A DNA stretch of 64,000 nt from Octopus vulgaris. Lineage: Eukaryota. Of the stretch, positions 13,229 to 26,257 are shown piece after piece. The stretch spans positions 65,844,001 through 65,908,000 of the forward strand of contig OX597827.1 in the NCBI GenBank assembly GCA_951406725.2, given 5' to 3'. Numbering within the stretch: the first letter of the stretch is position 1; the number at the start of each line of letters is the position of its first letter. Position numbers and translations under genes: made by a program. Below the pieces are notes generated by a model. It had not been told where the DNA came from. It was given only the letters and a program-made list of their open reading frames with translations, and searched no databases.

Positions 13229-13575
13229 TACTCTTTTACTTGTTTCAGTCATTTGACTGTGGCCATGCTGGAGCACCGCCTATAGTCTAGCAAATCGAAC
13301 CCAGGACTTATTCTTTGTAAGCCTAGTACTTATTCTATCGGTCGTGAACACACGTAAATACGCGGACGTAAACACACCTGCATCGGTTGTCAAGCGATGT
13401 TGGGGGGGGGGGGGAACAAACACAGACACACAAGCATATATATACATGCACATATATACGACGGGTTTCTTTCAGTTTCCGTCTACCAAATCCACTCACA
13501 CGGCTTTGGTTGACTCGAGACTATAGTAGAAGACACTTGCTCAAGGTGCCACGCAGTGGGACTGAATCCGGAATC
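13229..13575 (-). mobile_element. SINE family A, 5'-truncated
   Basis: Reverse complement of the 31877-32288 body and tail. Confidence 0.8.
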
Positions 13576-13900
13576 CATAAAAATATGTGTATAAAACTGT
13601 AAAATGAGAGGAAATGGATTTTGAGCTTGAACAGGTCTCCATGTCGTATATCGTTATAATTATTACTAATACATATAGCCCACAAAATGTTACCGCCCAG
13701 TGAAGCAAACAGGGAATTACACATGGGAGGAATTAACTTTACAGTGTGAATGCCAACTAATTTTAGTAATAAACGTTAAAAACTGATCGATGCGGTCAAC
13801 CGTAACCTGCAATACAAACGAGAGCCTCCACCACATCCGCCCGGATGATATATCCCACCAAACTCACATGTAAATATATACATACATATATACATACATG

Positions 13901-13967
<67 letters not shown>

Positions 13968-13969
13968 TA

Positions 13970-14172
13970 TTACGGAGATGTACTTGCACAGCAAGTGGCC
14001 TGATCTGAGATCGTGTGCTGGAACGAAAACAATTGCAGCGTGGAAGGTGTTTCTAACCCATTTAAGAAACACACAAAAGCCGTTAGATTCACTTCAACAT
14101 TTGAATATAATTTGCCAAAATATTTTCGTCGCTTTGAAACCGCGACCTGTTTGCTGAAAAAATTGCGTGGTG
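13970..14172 (-). mobile_element. Single-arm, older copy of the 42873-43213 mini-element with a decayed G3-C8 HHR (14111-14160)
   Basis: ttacggagatgtacttgcacagcaagtg..aattgcagcgtggaaggtg aligns to 42873-43070. Stem II gtcgc/gcgac and GAAA-atat-TT are kept but the core has decayed to GCAAACA. Flanked by (TA)n. Confidence 0.75.
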
Positions 14173-14221
14173 TATATTTATATATATATATATATGGCAC
14201 CCATATACGCACACAGATATG

Positions 14222-14268
<47 letters not shown>

Positions 14269-14902
14269 GTATATACACGTAGCAAACAGCAGATTTTATT
14301 CTTGCATATAATATGCAATATTGTCGAACAAGGAAGATCACCTTCCCCTTAGTTACCTCCGCCTAAACACAAACATGCCAACAGAAATTGCTCTGTTTCT
14401 ATTGTGGCTTCAGAAATTATGTTTCTTATCATACAATGTATATTATGTCAACTAATTTCAGGTTATTTCTAGTATTTCATAGAAACAATAATTTCTTACA
14501 TATATTTGTGAATTACATTCTCTCAGTACAATACTTAACATATGATATTGCCGCACAATGTTTCCGATTTGATCTCAGATGAAACAAATATCAAGGTAGG
14601 AGACTTACAAGAGGGCAGCAATTTCGAACTGCCTCATTCACCAATCACATAAATTGGGCATGGAAAATGTGATTACACTAGTGGTGCCCCAGCATGTACC
14701 CAGCTTTAGGTTGAAACGTGTAAAAGTACATTACAATATAAGTATCTCAATTCTCCCTCAGCATATATATCGATACACACACACATATATATCATATCCT
14801 TATATATATATGCATATGTGCATGCATGCATATGTATGTATCAACTACTATCTCTCTACCTATGTATGTATGTATCTATCTGTCTCCCCTCTCTCTTTCT
14901 GC

Positions 14903-14970
<68 letters not shown>

Positions 14971-16195
14971 GTTGATTTCACACAACATAGTTTTCCTTTC
15001 ACCGTCTGTGTAAGATTATGTTAGCGCCTGTATTTGAAAAGGTTACCTACTGACATAGTACTTACTTGCTTCGCATTCAACAACGATTTCTGTGTACGTA
15101 TACAATACTCCAATAATGGAACATATCGATGAAACATATACAACACACACCTTCCAACCATGCAGCAACAAATTAGTCTAGCTGTCAATCTTATGTCAAA
15201 CCAACTAGATTCCAACTGTGATTTTTCACCTGTGTTTCCCATATGTCTGTATTAAAACCAATAAGACACGGAATCTCAAGAGATTAATCATTCTCTGAAG
15301 CAATACACATGGACAACGTTGTGGTAAATGTAATTCGTTGTTGAGTGAAAGTATATTGTACCAACGAAAAAACATAAAGATAAAAGTACTATTAGCTATC
15401 TCTGTTAGATTGGCATCCTAAATATCAGCATTAAATTTATGTACGGTCAATTCACTAAAGAGTATATTCTTAATAAAAACTAGACTGAAATTAAATTATC
15501 TTTGTCGTGTCACCCAGAAGGAATGGCTTTGTAAGTGATGTATTTTTTACGTGACTGCTTCTCTTTCCGTTTCGAAATTTGCGATCTTTATCTCACTCTA
15601 GAGATATTTCGACGTGTTACATGTTTAAAACTTCATTCTCTGTCTGCTATATAATGCAGAGAAAATTCCCACAGAACGCAATATCGGAATCCATAACTCA
15701 CATTCTTGAATAACAATATATTGATATTAGAAGAATAAGGAAGTTACTTTATTCGGAAAGAACAATTCTTGTTATTACAAGAAATGGAACTGTAATATAT
15801 TTCACAACACAACGTTCATTTCCTCATTTAGAACTAAGAAACTTAAAAATCTCCTGTGTAGTGTCTTGAACGTAGTGAAGTTTTTCCTTGACCCATTTTA
15901 CGAATATCGTGAAAACCGTCTCTATATGAGAGGTATTTACGACTGTAATCGTTCATTTAACATTCTTTGGAACCAATTAAAACCATCGCCAATTAGAAGA
16001 AAAAGTACTACATTTTATAGACTTGTTGAAATTAGTCTTAGCCTCGTCCTCCGCTTATTCGCTTAGAAAATATCCTACGCCAAATCAACTTATACAAATC
16101 GCAATTACCAACCTGATAGGTAATATATAATCATAACAACAGCAACAACAACGACAATAATAATGATAATAATAATAATAAAAATAATAATAATG

Positions 16196-16250
<55 letters not shown>

Positions 16251-18618
16251 GAATAATAATAATAGTAAGAAGAAGAAGAAGAATAAGAATAATAATGATG
16301 ATGATGATAACTTCTTAAATTGGCACAATATCACAATTTTATTAGGCAATTAAAATGAACCCCTGCATAACCGGTGCTTATTTTATTAGTTACTCCTACC
16401 TGAAATATAAATTAATCTCGACGTAAACAGGGCGAAAATACTAAATAATTGACGGCCTTTTGCCCGATACTTCTAATGAGAGTAAGACAACTATAGTGAC
16501 AAAGAAGATATTGTTAGCGATAATAAATATTCTTTTATTTGCTACAGTGGTATCACATTCACTTACAAATATGTCATATAAATTTACCGCAACCAATCAT
16601 GCAGCTACGTTGTGTTCGGCCTATATACTTCTAAGAGACATCAGTTGTTCCAACAATGGTATTACCTCTTTCTGAATTAAAGTGCGGTTCGAAAGTGGGA
16701 TTTCCTGATTGCAAGGCAAATTTCTTCATAATTTCGCCATGCCACGCCTACTCTTGGTCTCTAAATGTATATTAAACGAGGAGGCCAGGACAGAATACTA
16801 CATAAAAGACTTCCCACGTCGGAAATTGATTTGGACCACCGCGTATGGAGGATGAATGCTTTCTACGACAACCACATCGCACGCTGCGAGGTTGCTGTCA
16901 ACGTAAACCAATCTTCTGACAGGGTTCAAGAACTAGCCCTTACACACATATCTATTTTACCATGTGCACTCATCTTCCATTTCCCGCATGCCAAATAACA
17001 GCCGTTCGACAAGCTGTTGTTTGCAATGAAAATGTTACAAATGCCTGGTCACTAATTGTGTCCGTGAAGAACAATTTCGTTGAGCAGCGCACAATTTGAG
17101 TTGGAGATACTGACAGCACTTGCATGCCTGTGGAGCTTACAATGAAGCTGCCCTAAATCTCGCACAATTCAGAAAGAAAGGCAGAAACTCCGGATTTTCG
17201 GAGTAACAATGATACACATAAAGCTAAGCTTGTTCCCAGGTTTTAGGCTTTTAAAAATCGTCCATATCTTAAAACTCGTATGCATTGTCTTAAATAAACT
17301 GGCATGCCATATGTCCTAGTCAACTGAAAATGCTGTATACATCCTAGTTAAAGTGACTACTTATGTGTTCGAAAACTTATGCTGCAGCTGCCAAATGAGT
17401 CTAAAAAAACAGTGATCGCATTTTGATGAACCATTGTTTTTCAACATATTTAATATGATATTATGACTGGGCAGAATCCCAGTATTTTCTTTACAGCTGT
17501 GAACTTCGAAAACAAAAAAAAGCTGTTCCCCGACAAAAGCGCAGCTGTTTTTCAGCACTTAACACTATATAGGGTGAATATAACGCAAAGAACATTGGTC
17601 AAAAGAAAAGTATAAATACAATCCGATCTATGCCCACCGTAGCTGCTATAATACCGATGTCTCTTTTGATTTTATGTCTATCGCAAGGCTTTATGCGAAA
17701 GCTACAATAAAACTTATTATCATGAGTCGTGTACCTGAGCAAAAATCTCTAGTTCCATCGCGCTGTGTACTGGAACACCAATATATAGACGCATCATTGA
17801 GAAATAAACAATAGCCATTATGTTTCGATGATGAGGATTTCGCTTCTAAACCTCCTTCGTTCAATTAGACTGATTCCTTGCTATTTATCAAAAAGAATAA
17901 TTCTACATGCCCAAAGGGCAGCATATGTATGTCGCCGGCTTATCAGTATTCTCTTCAACAAATAGAAATCCAGTAAGGCTACTTACGATATTCCTCTTTC
18001 ATTTTCCACCATTTTCCAATTTGTTTAACAAGTTTAACAAAGAATTCAGCGGTGTTCTTCATGCTGTTGAAGCTCAGAATTTTTGTGTAAGTAGTTCAAC
18101 TGCTCTGTTTTATTTGTACTTTTTCAAATCTAAGTTTTATATATTTTAACATGTTGCTATAGTCGGCAGGGTCACCAGCGTTGCTGGTGTTACAGGTTCT
18201 GTTTGTTAGACTAGTGGTGGATATATTTCGCTGTTAACAATCTTTGTATCACGCTAGCTAACGCTCAGCATTCAGCTGCTAACACAATAACACAGTAAGT
18301 TTCAGATTTTGGAGTTTGTGTGTTAGAAAGAATTTGTATCTTCGTGCTGACGTGTGTGAAGAAGTTGCAGTGATCAAAAACAAAATTTTCGAAGCAAAAT
18401 ATTTTAGAAATTTTCAATTTCCACTCGACTGCCGTTTGGCTCATGAACAAAACAAGCAACTACAATAGTGTCATTGTTAAGTGTACACAACTGATTCCAG
18501 AAAACGACCGATACGTGACTTCTGGATGGTTAGCCACGAGTAACGATTATAACATTAGCAGCACTAGCACCAGCGACTAAAAGACCACAACAATAATAAT
18601 ATTAATAGGCAATTCCAA

Positions 18619-18710
<92 letters not shown>

Positions 18711-20042
18711 GGTTTAGGCTAATTTAGGCCAATCACACGCACACACACATGTTTCTGTAGTTTCTTTCGGAAGAGGTAATCTCTTGAAATTAAATTTGTA
18801 AAAGTTGAGTAGACGCTGGTTGTTTTGCTTCTAGATAGTTATATCCATTGACACTGACGGCGTAGAATGCTTTCCCTTTAAAGGAATATGCCGTAAATAT
18901 TTTTAAATGGAGGAGTAAATAATTAGGTCGTTTCTAAATTAAAAAATTCTGTTGGAAATAATGTAGTAAAAGTGTAGTCGCCTAGAAAATATCTACCTCG
19001 CATATTCTAGTATGAATCGGCTGTCTTATGAAATTGTGACTGAGATATTTGAAAATATGCACCCATTGTCAAACAGTGATATTTGAAATGTGGTTTCAGG
19101 TTATGATTTCACTGAAAAAAGACATTTTATTCAGACGACATATTATTCAGACTCATGGCAAATACGTTATTTTGTAACCCAACAAAAGTAACCCATGACA
19201 CGTGAGATTGATGCAATACTAGCCATGTCACTCGATGCATACAGGACCATCAACTTCCGAACGATAGGCAACCAAGCTATTCAGGACAGAATCTTCTACG
19301 AAGATACAAGATGTGCTAAAATATGCTTCACAAACGGTAACCATGCTTTCTGGGTATTCTATGAATTCTGACAGATGTCACTGTTTCACGCGCATACGAA
19401 CAATTGAACACTCACGGCATACCACCCCATCCACAGTGGAGTGGATGCTTTCTACAAGTAACCAAAATAAGGTGATCCTACCTCCGCAGATGGCACATTG
19501 TCAAGATATAATGATCTTGCAGAAATGAATATTGAAAATCTGGCAATGCTAACAATTTTTATTAGAAGTATTTATTCTAAGATATTAGGAGACACTCCTT
19601 ATAACTGTGTTACAATTCGAGCGTGTTTTTTATATTTATTATATTAATGTTTTGTTTTACTCCGCCATATACCACAAAATATATATCGTTCGGTATTTGA
19701 TTTGTCTAATCTAAACCAAGAATTATCAATCCATTATCCTGTCATTTCACATCATAATAAACATCAACTGTTTTGCTTCTTAAATATAAATTACGAGCAA
19801 AATTGCCAACTGAAATCTCATAGCGATTCTAAATAAATTTTATGCATTATCTGTAACTTGAAATATGTTACTACGTAATAATTATGTTAACAGAAGATTT
19901 CAACCATATCATTATCTTTTTTAACAAGTAAACACAATCATAAGGTAACTTACACACACTCACAAATATACGTATAATCTTAAATATACACACATATACG
20001 CTTATCCATCTCTCTCTCTCTCTGTCTGTCTCTCTCTCTCTC

Positions 20043-20097
<55 letters not shown>

Positions 20098-20653
20098 GAA
20101 ACTATTTTTAGGACAATGGTTAAAATTCCAATTTGCTTTATTTTTTAATTCTTTTTCTTAAATACATACATACATACATACATACATAATACACACATAC
20201 ATTATCTTTTTGGTTACTCGTTTGAATGTGTTTATATATTTTTACACTGTAAACTTTATATTCCTCAATCATTTTATGCTCGTGGAGAAATACACTGAAT
20301 ATCCTGTAAAACAAATATTTATAACTGGCGACGTGGTTTTAAAAGAAACAGCCGTATTTATATATGTATTGTTGTATTTATGTCTGACAAAATGGCTGAC
20401 CGTTAGAAAGGAGAGACACACAAATAAGAAAGAAGAAAGCAAAGGACCACTGATGAGGTCACAGAAGTGTGACAAAAGAACTCTGGCCGAAATAAGATTA
20501 AGATTAATATAAAAAATATATAAAGCTGAAGCAAATTAACACCAAATATATAGTGCTTGTGTTTTTCTTGGCTAAACTGGCAATATGAACATTCCTAAAT
20601 ACAACAATATCTCTTTCAACACACGATTTCTCATCAAGAATCTTGCAAAACAA

Positions 20654-20693
<40 letters not shown>

Positions 20694-20724
20694 AATTATG
20701 TATGTATGCATGTATGTATGTATA

Positions 20725-21439
20725 TTGGGTTGCTAACAAAGTTCCCGCCGTTTTTATTAAATTTTAAAGGACTAATAAATAATAACAACTAATTATTCAA
20801 CTTATTCCCATCGTTCAACATTACCTCGTTGATAAAAGTAACACGATTTCGACTCGAAAAAGTGACCAAACCAAGCTCTCAATTCTGCATCAGTATTGAA
20901 CGAATCTCCACGCATAGCATTTGAAAGAGATCGAAAGAGGTGAAAATACGTTGGTGCCAAATCAGGAAAGTGCGGCGGGTGTAGCAGCACTTCACAGCCA
21001 TGTGATTGAATAGATTCTATGGTCATATTGGTGATATGAGGGCGGGCATTGTCGTGCAGCAGAAGAACTCCATGCTGCTGATGAGGTATTTTTTTCTTGA
21101 ATAGCCGTGTTGAATTGTTCCATCTGTTGAACATAGAGTTCCACATTGACCGTTTGGTTCCGTTCAAGCAATTCGTAATGGATAATCCCTTCTCAGTCCC
21201 ACCATACGCACAACATCGTTTTACGCGGGTGAAAATCTTGTCTCACGCCCGGTGTTGCTTGTAAACCAAGGCTAAGTCATTCCTTACGCTGCTTCATATT
21301 GAGGCACAGGGACCATTTTCCGTCGCTATTCCAAAATGATTCAAAAATAGATATCTCGTAAAAAAATAGATTCTAAAATTTAAAAACGCAGTAAATTCCA
21401 AAATTTTAAGAAACGGCGGGAATTTAGTTGCCAAACCAA
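20725..21439 (-). mobile_element. Internally deleted mariner element with TIRs and TA target duplication
   Basis: 29-bp imperfect TIRs at 20725-20753 and 21411-21439, with TA on both sides. ORF 20802..21167 has LLLHDNARPH and HPPHFPDLAPTYFHLFRSL (mariner HDNARPH / YSPDLAP.D motifs). Confidence 0.88.
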
Positions 21440-21495
21440 TATATGTTTGTGTGTGTGAGTGTGTATATATATATGCTTGTGTGTGTGAGTGTCTG

Positions 21496-21552
<57 letters not shown>

Positions 21553-21845
21553 TTTGTGTTTGTGTGAGTGTGTGTTTACTTTGGTGGTGCACTTGTCAGG
21601 CAAATGATGTAATCTGACACTTGATGTTGAAACTACAACGACTAGAGTGAGGAGAAACATATTAAATATTCAAAAGCACAAACAAAAGATAACATCAGTT
21701 TTTATTTTGTGTCAAAAATTTCGTCGATCGGACTTCCATTTAGCTATTGACACGAATTGCTTGCAACTCAATACATACATTTATACATACATACATACAT
21801 GTATACACAAACATACATGCATACACAGATTGACAAACGCATACA

Positions 21846-21936
<91 letters not shown>

Positions 21937-21938
<2 letters not shown>

Positions 21939-22079
21939 GACGGGCTTCTTTCAGTTTCCGTCTACCAAATCCACTCACAACTATAGCAGAAGATACTTGC
22001 CCAAAATGCCACTCAGTGGGACTGAACCGGAACTATGTGGTTGGTAAAGAAGCTACTTACCACACAGCCATACTTGCAC

Positions 22080-22081
<2 letters not shown>
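21937..22081 (-). mobile_element. SINE family A, 5' half
   Basis: cttctttcagtttccgtctaccaaatccactcacaa..agctacttaccacacagcca. Confidence 0.75.
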
Positions 22082-22131
<50 letters not shown>

Positions 22132-22256
22132 ATATATATATATGTTTTGCATGCATATATATATATACACGCACATACGTACATACACACAAACAGACAC
22201 TTTCTCTCACATACATGCACACACACAGACACACTCACACATGTATATATACTGGA

Positions 22257-22295
<39 letters not shown>

Positions 22296-22297
22296 TA

Positions 22298-22450
22298 TGA
22301 TGGTCTTCCTTCAGTTTCCGTCTACCAAATCTACATACAAGGATTTGGTCAGCCTAAGGCTATACTAGTAGACACTTGCCGAAGGTGCCACGCAGTGGAA
22401 CTGAACCCGGAACCATTTGGTTGGTAAGCAAGCTACTTACCACACAGCCG
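22298..22450 (-). mobile_element. SINE family A, 5' half (followed by a family B fragment to ~22575)
   Basis: cagtttccgtctaccaaatc..gtgccacgcagtggaactgaacccggaaccat..cttaccacacagcc. Confidence 0.75.
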
Positions 22451-22573
22451 AATTCTGAGTTCAAATTCCGCCGTGGTCGATTTTTGCCATCTGGGGTCCA
22501 TAAAATACGCACCGATGGAACACTGGAATTGATGCAATCTACGACCCTACACTCCAAAATTTCAGGAATTGTG

Positions 22574-22613
<40 letters not shown>

Positions 22614-22746
22614 AAAATAGTAAAGTGTGAAAAAACGACAGAAGGCTTAAATGTTAAAAGATATATATATTTGTGTCAAAATGTCTGGAGAATATTGGAA
22701 AAATTTTTTTTCCTTTCCTTAAAATGACATAATTTTTAAATTTTTA

Positions 22747-22786
22747 AAGAAATTACCGGTTTCGCGTGTAGCTTTTCAAATTTCTT
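22747..22786 (-). ncRNA. Minimal type-I hammerhead ribozyme, U3-A8 core variant (PLE 3' repeat)
   Basis: Identical motif to 3265-3304, on the sense strand of the element. Confidence 0.72.
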
Positions 22787-22921
22787 GTGACGTTATGTTT
22801 ATATTGCATGGATTTATCGTTGTTTTTATTTCCAGGAGATTTCTAAATAAGGGGAGGTAGTGAGTGATTTTTCCGGTGTAGGGGAGATAATCGCTTAAAA
22901 ATTTTTTTTCCCATTTCCTTA

Positions 22922-24528
22922 TTAATTTCTCTGTGTCAGTATGTTCGGATGGTTGAGTCTGGGTTTGTACTTTTCAATGAAGAATGTTTCCTTGTTCAGT
23001 CTCATTTGTGTTGATGATCCGAAAGCACATTGGTAAAATGGGAAGATTAAAAATTGTGGCAGTAGTTGCTTTGCGCATTTCTCAATGTGCTCACTAAAAG
23101 GTATCATTCTATATTCTGGGAATGCAATCTGTTGTCGATGCAGTGTGCATCTGCGCCTGAGTGATAGTCCCGTGGAACCCACGTAGTCTTGGTGGCAGCC
23201 CGAGCATTTAATAACATAAATTATGTTTTCAGAGGCACAAGTAAAGTTAGATTTGATCTTAAATTTCTGTCCTTCTTTAAAGAAGAATTCTGATCCTTCC
23301 AATAGGTTAGGACATGTTGCACAGTTCGATCTACCACATTTTTTTACTTTTGCATCCGTAATTTTAGAAGACAATTTTGCCTTTGTGAGAATCTTTTTAA
23401 GTGATTTAGGCTGTTTGTAGCTTTTAATGATTTGGTGTATGTTTAGAATTTCCCTTAATTTTGGGTTTTTATGAAGTATTGGTAAATTCTGGGTGATGAT
23501 GGTGAAGGCTTCTTTGTTTCTGGGGTTGTATGTAGATATGTAAGGTAGTATTTTCGGGGAAGGTGTGTTGTTGTGTTGAACTTTTCTTAAAGTTTCTATG
23601 TTGATTTCTGTTGCACGTCTGATCCCATCCTCTATGAGTTGAGCTGGGTAATGTCTGTCAATTAGGGTGTTTTTTGAGTTCTTGCAGTCTAAAGTTCCTG
23701 GTATTTTGTTCTGACACTATTGTGCATATCCTTCTTGCAAGGTTGAAGGGTATGTTTGTTTTAGTGTGTCTTGGGTGGCATGAATTAAAAAGAAGGTATT
23801 GTTTGGCGTCTGTGGCTTTGTAAAAAATGTCTGTTTCTATTTTAAGGTTAATTTTTTTAATTAGTATATCCAAGAACGGAGCTCCTTTTGGTTGTATTCC
23901 ATTGTGAACTGTATATTTGGGTTTATGCTGTTCAATAGGTTTTTAAATTTTAGGAGTTTATCTATGTTTTCATTCCAGAGAATGAAACAATCGTCTAGGA
24001 ATCGTTTCCAATTCTCTTTTATGTATTGAGAGAGGGAGTTTCCAAAGATTGATAGAGATTCCTGGTAAATGATTATTTCCATGTATCCCATTGTTAAGTT
24101 CGCAATGACTGGTGCTGCCCTTGTACCCATAGCAATTCCGGATTTTTGACGGTAAAATGTATTGTCAAACATGAAGTGGTTATTGTGTAGGATGAATTCA
24201 ATTGATTTAGTAATGAATTCCTTACTGATCCTTTTTGGTATTTCTTCCGGAAATTGGTCTAACCAGAATTGTATTGCCTCCAGTCCATAATTATGAGGTA
24301 TACTGGTATACAAGTTGACTACATCAAATGAAACCAGGATTGTTTCTTCCTTGGTTTTTTTTGAAGGTGGTTTAACATATCTAAGTCATCTCTGATATGG
24401 CTATCGATATGTTTAAGGAAGGGTTTCAAGAGGATGTCCATAAGTAGACTTAGTCTGTGTGTTTCACAGGTTGGGCCAGCTACAATGGGTCGTAGTTTTA
24501 GGTCCCCCGGATTAGGTGTGTGTATGTA
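22922..24528 (-). pseudogene. PLE reverse transcriptase + GIY-YIG endonuclease ORF, 5'-truncated, three single-base frameshifts
   Basis: Motifs in order: LKLRPIVAG, LVSFDVVNLYTSIP, YRQKSGIAMGTRAAPVIANL, WKRFLDDCF, IQFTME, (LPF)LDI, DIFYKATD..QYL.FNSCHP, then GIY-YIG. Shifts at ~24363, ~23879 and ~23672. Confidence 0.93.
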
Positions 24529-24909
24529 TTGGAAGGATCAGAATTCTTCTTTAAAGAAGGACAGAAATTTAAGATCAAATCTAACTTTACTTGTGCCTCT
24601 GAAAACATAATTTATGTTATTAAATGCTCGGGCTGCCACCAAGACTACGTGGGTTCCACGGGACTATCACTCAGGCGCAGATGCACACTGCATCGACAAC
24701 AGATTGCATTCCCAGAATATAGAATGATACCTTTTAGTGAGCACATTGAGAAATGCGCAAAGCAACTACTGCCACAATTTTTAATCTTCCCATTTTACCA
24801 ATGTGCTTTCGGATCATCAACACAAATGAGACTGAACAAGGAAACATTCTTCATTGAAAAGTACAAACCCAGACTCAACCATCCGAACATACTGACACAG
24901 AGAAATTAA
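24527..24909 (+). pseudogene. GIY-YIG fragment in the inverted pseudo-LTR
   Basis: LEGSEFFFKEG...NHPNILTQRN identical to the minus-strand copy. Confidence 0.88.
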
Positions 24910-25044
24910 TAAGGAAATGGGAAAAAAATTTTTTAAGCGATTATCTCCCCTACACCGGAAAAATCACTCACTACCTCCCCTTATTTAGAAATCTCCTGGA
25001 AATAAAAACAACGATAAATCCATGCAATATAAACATAACGTCAC

Positions 25045-25084
25045 AAGAAATTTGAAAAGCTACACGCGAAACCGGTAATTTCTT
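25045..25084 (+). ncRNA. Minimal type-I hammerhead ribozyme, U3-A8 core variant (PLE 3' repeat)
   Basis: Stem I 25045-51/25078-84, core TTGAAAA 25052-58, GAAA 25068-71, predicted cleavage after A25077. Confidence 0.72.
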
Positions 25085-25280
25085 TAAAAATTTAAAAATT
25101 ATGTCATTTTAAGGAAAGGAAAAAAATTTTTCCAATATTCTCCAGACATTTTGACACAAATATATATATCTTTTAACATTTAAGCCTTCTGTCGTTTTTT
25201 CACACTTTACTATTTTCTTATATATTCACCCACGTGCTTTACCAAACAAACTTTCTTATCTATATATATATATATATATA

Positions 25281-25804
25281 AATTTAACAATTAAGGAATG
25301 GCCTTAATAGGCCATTCGTCCACTAGAAAGAGCAGCCATGACTCAAACCGCTAAGTAGTAGTAATTCAGAAATTAGGTGAAAATTTAAAAAGTTTACCCT
25401 AATTCATCTTTAGACGATGCATCGTTTCAGTGTTTTTAATGGTAAACTAGCTTAATTAAATTAACTTAAGTCAATCTACCATAGGTTACACTTCATCAGT
25501 AAAGAAACCAGGAGAGACGGATATACACGAGGCGTCTGTATCAATGCCCTCGGAATATCTGCCTTAAAATTTTCAAGACCATCGTATTCGCGCCAACTTA
25601 TCAGCAGTAAATATAAACTACCGATTCAATCTCAGAATTAGTCAGAAAATCATCAATTAATCAATTTAGGGTAGCAAAAAATTCAATAGAAATTTATCGC
25701 TACCAGCGTTCTAGTGGGAAAGAGAAAATAGTCAGAGACTAAATATATAAATTTATCGCTGGTAGCGATAAATTTCTATTGAATTTTTTGCTACCCTAAA
25801 TTGA

Positions 25805-25810
<6 letters not shown>
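25281..25810 (-). mobile_element. Retrozyme-like monomer (family B), diverged homologue of the 485-bp array unit, with a short terminal inversion
   Basis: Colinear with 54628-55110 (ttaacaattaaggaa.ggcc.taataggccattc..ccactagaaa; taatggtaaacta; acacgaggc; taaaattttcaa; agtggga). 54-bp inverted repeat 25655-25708/25757-25810. (TA)n on both sides. Confidence 0.85.
25407..25505 (-). ncRNA. Type-I hammerhead ribozyme with extended stem II (family B)
   Basis: Minus strand: tcttta-CTGATGA-agtgt[long hairpin]acact-GAAA-cgatgcatcg-TC-taaaga; canonical core and GUC triplet. Confidence 0.92.
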
Positions 25811-25869
<59 letters not shown>

Positions 25870-25919
25870 TATATATAAATATATATATATATGTGTGTGT
25901 GTGTATGTGTGTGTGTCTG

Positions 25920-26150
25920 CGTGTGTGTGTGTATGTTTGTGTGTCTATGTTTGTCCCCACCCAATATCGCTTGACAACCGATGCTGGTGTATTTACATCC
26001 TCGTAACTTAGCGGTTCGGCAAAGGTGGCCGGCAGAATAAGTACTAGGCTTACAGATAATAAGTCCTGGGGTCGATTTGCTCGACTAAAGACGGTGCTCC
26101 AGCATGGCCACTGTCAAAGGACTGAAACAAGCAAAAGAGTAAGAGAGTAA
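25920..26150 (+). mobile_element. SINE family A, 3' half
   Basis: atcgcttgacaaccgatgctggtgt..gtaacttagcggttcggc..ggtgctccagcatggcc..aaaagagt. Confidence 0.8.
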
Positions 26151-26257
26151 AAGGGAAAGGGCAAAATGTTGCTATATATTTTGTCCGTCGTGTTAATCTT
26201 TGTGCCAGATCGCCGCCTTTGTATCTTGTATCTCTGTATATTGTATCTATCAAATAA

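Larger units (their letters stand above)
22606..25260. mobile_element. Penelope-like retroelement (Neptune-like), 5'-truncated, with inverted pseudo-LTR, in (TA)n
   Basis: The minus-strand body 24528->22606 encodes RT, a Cys-rich linker (KCGRSNCATC) and a C-terminal GIY-YIG. The plus-strand arm 24527-25260 repeats the 3' ~700 bp in inverted orientation and adds a 35-bp tail. Confidence 0.95.
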
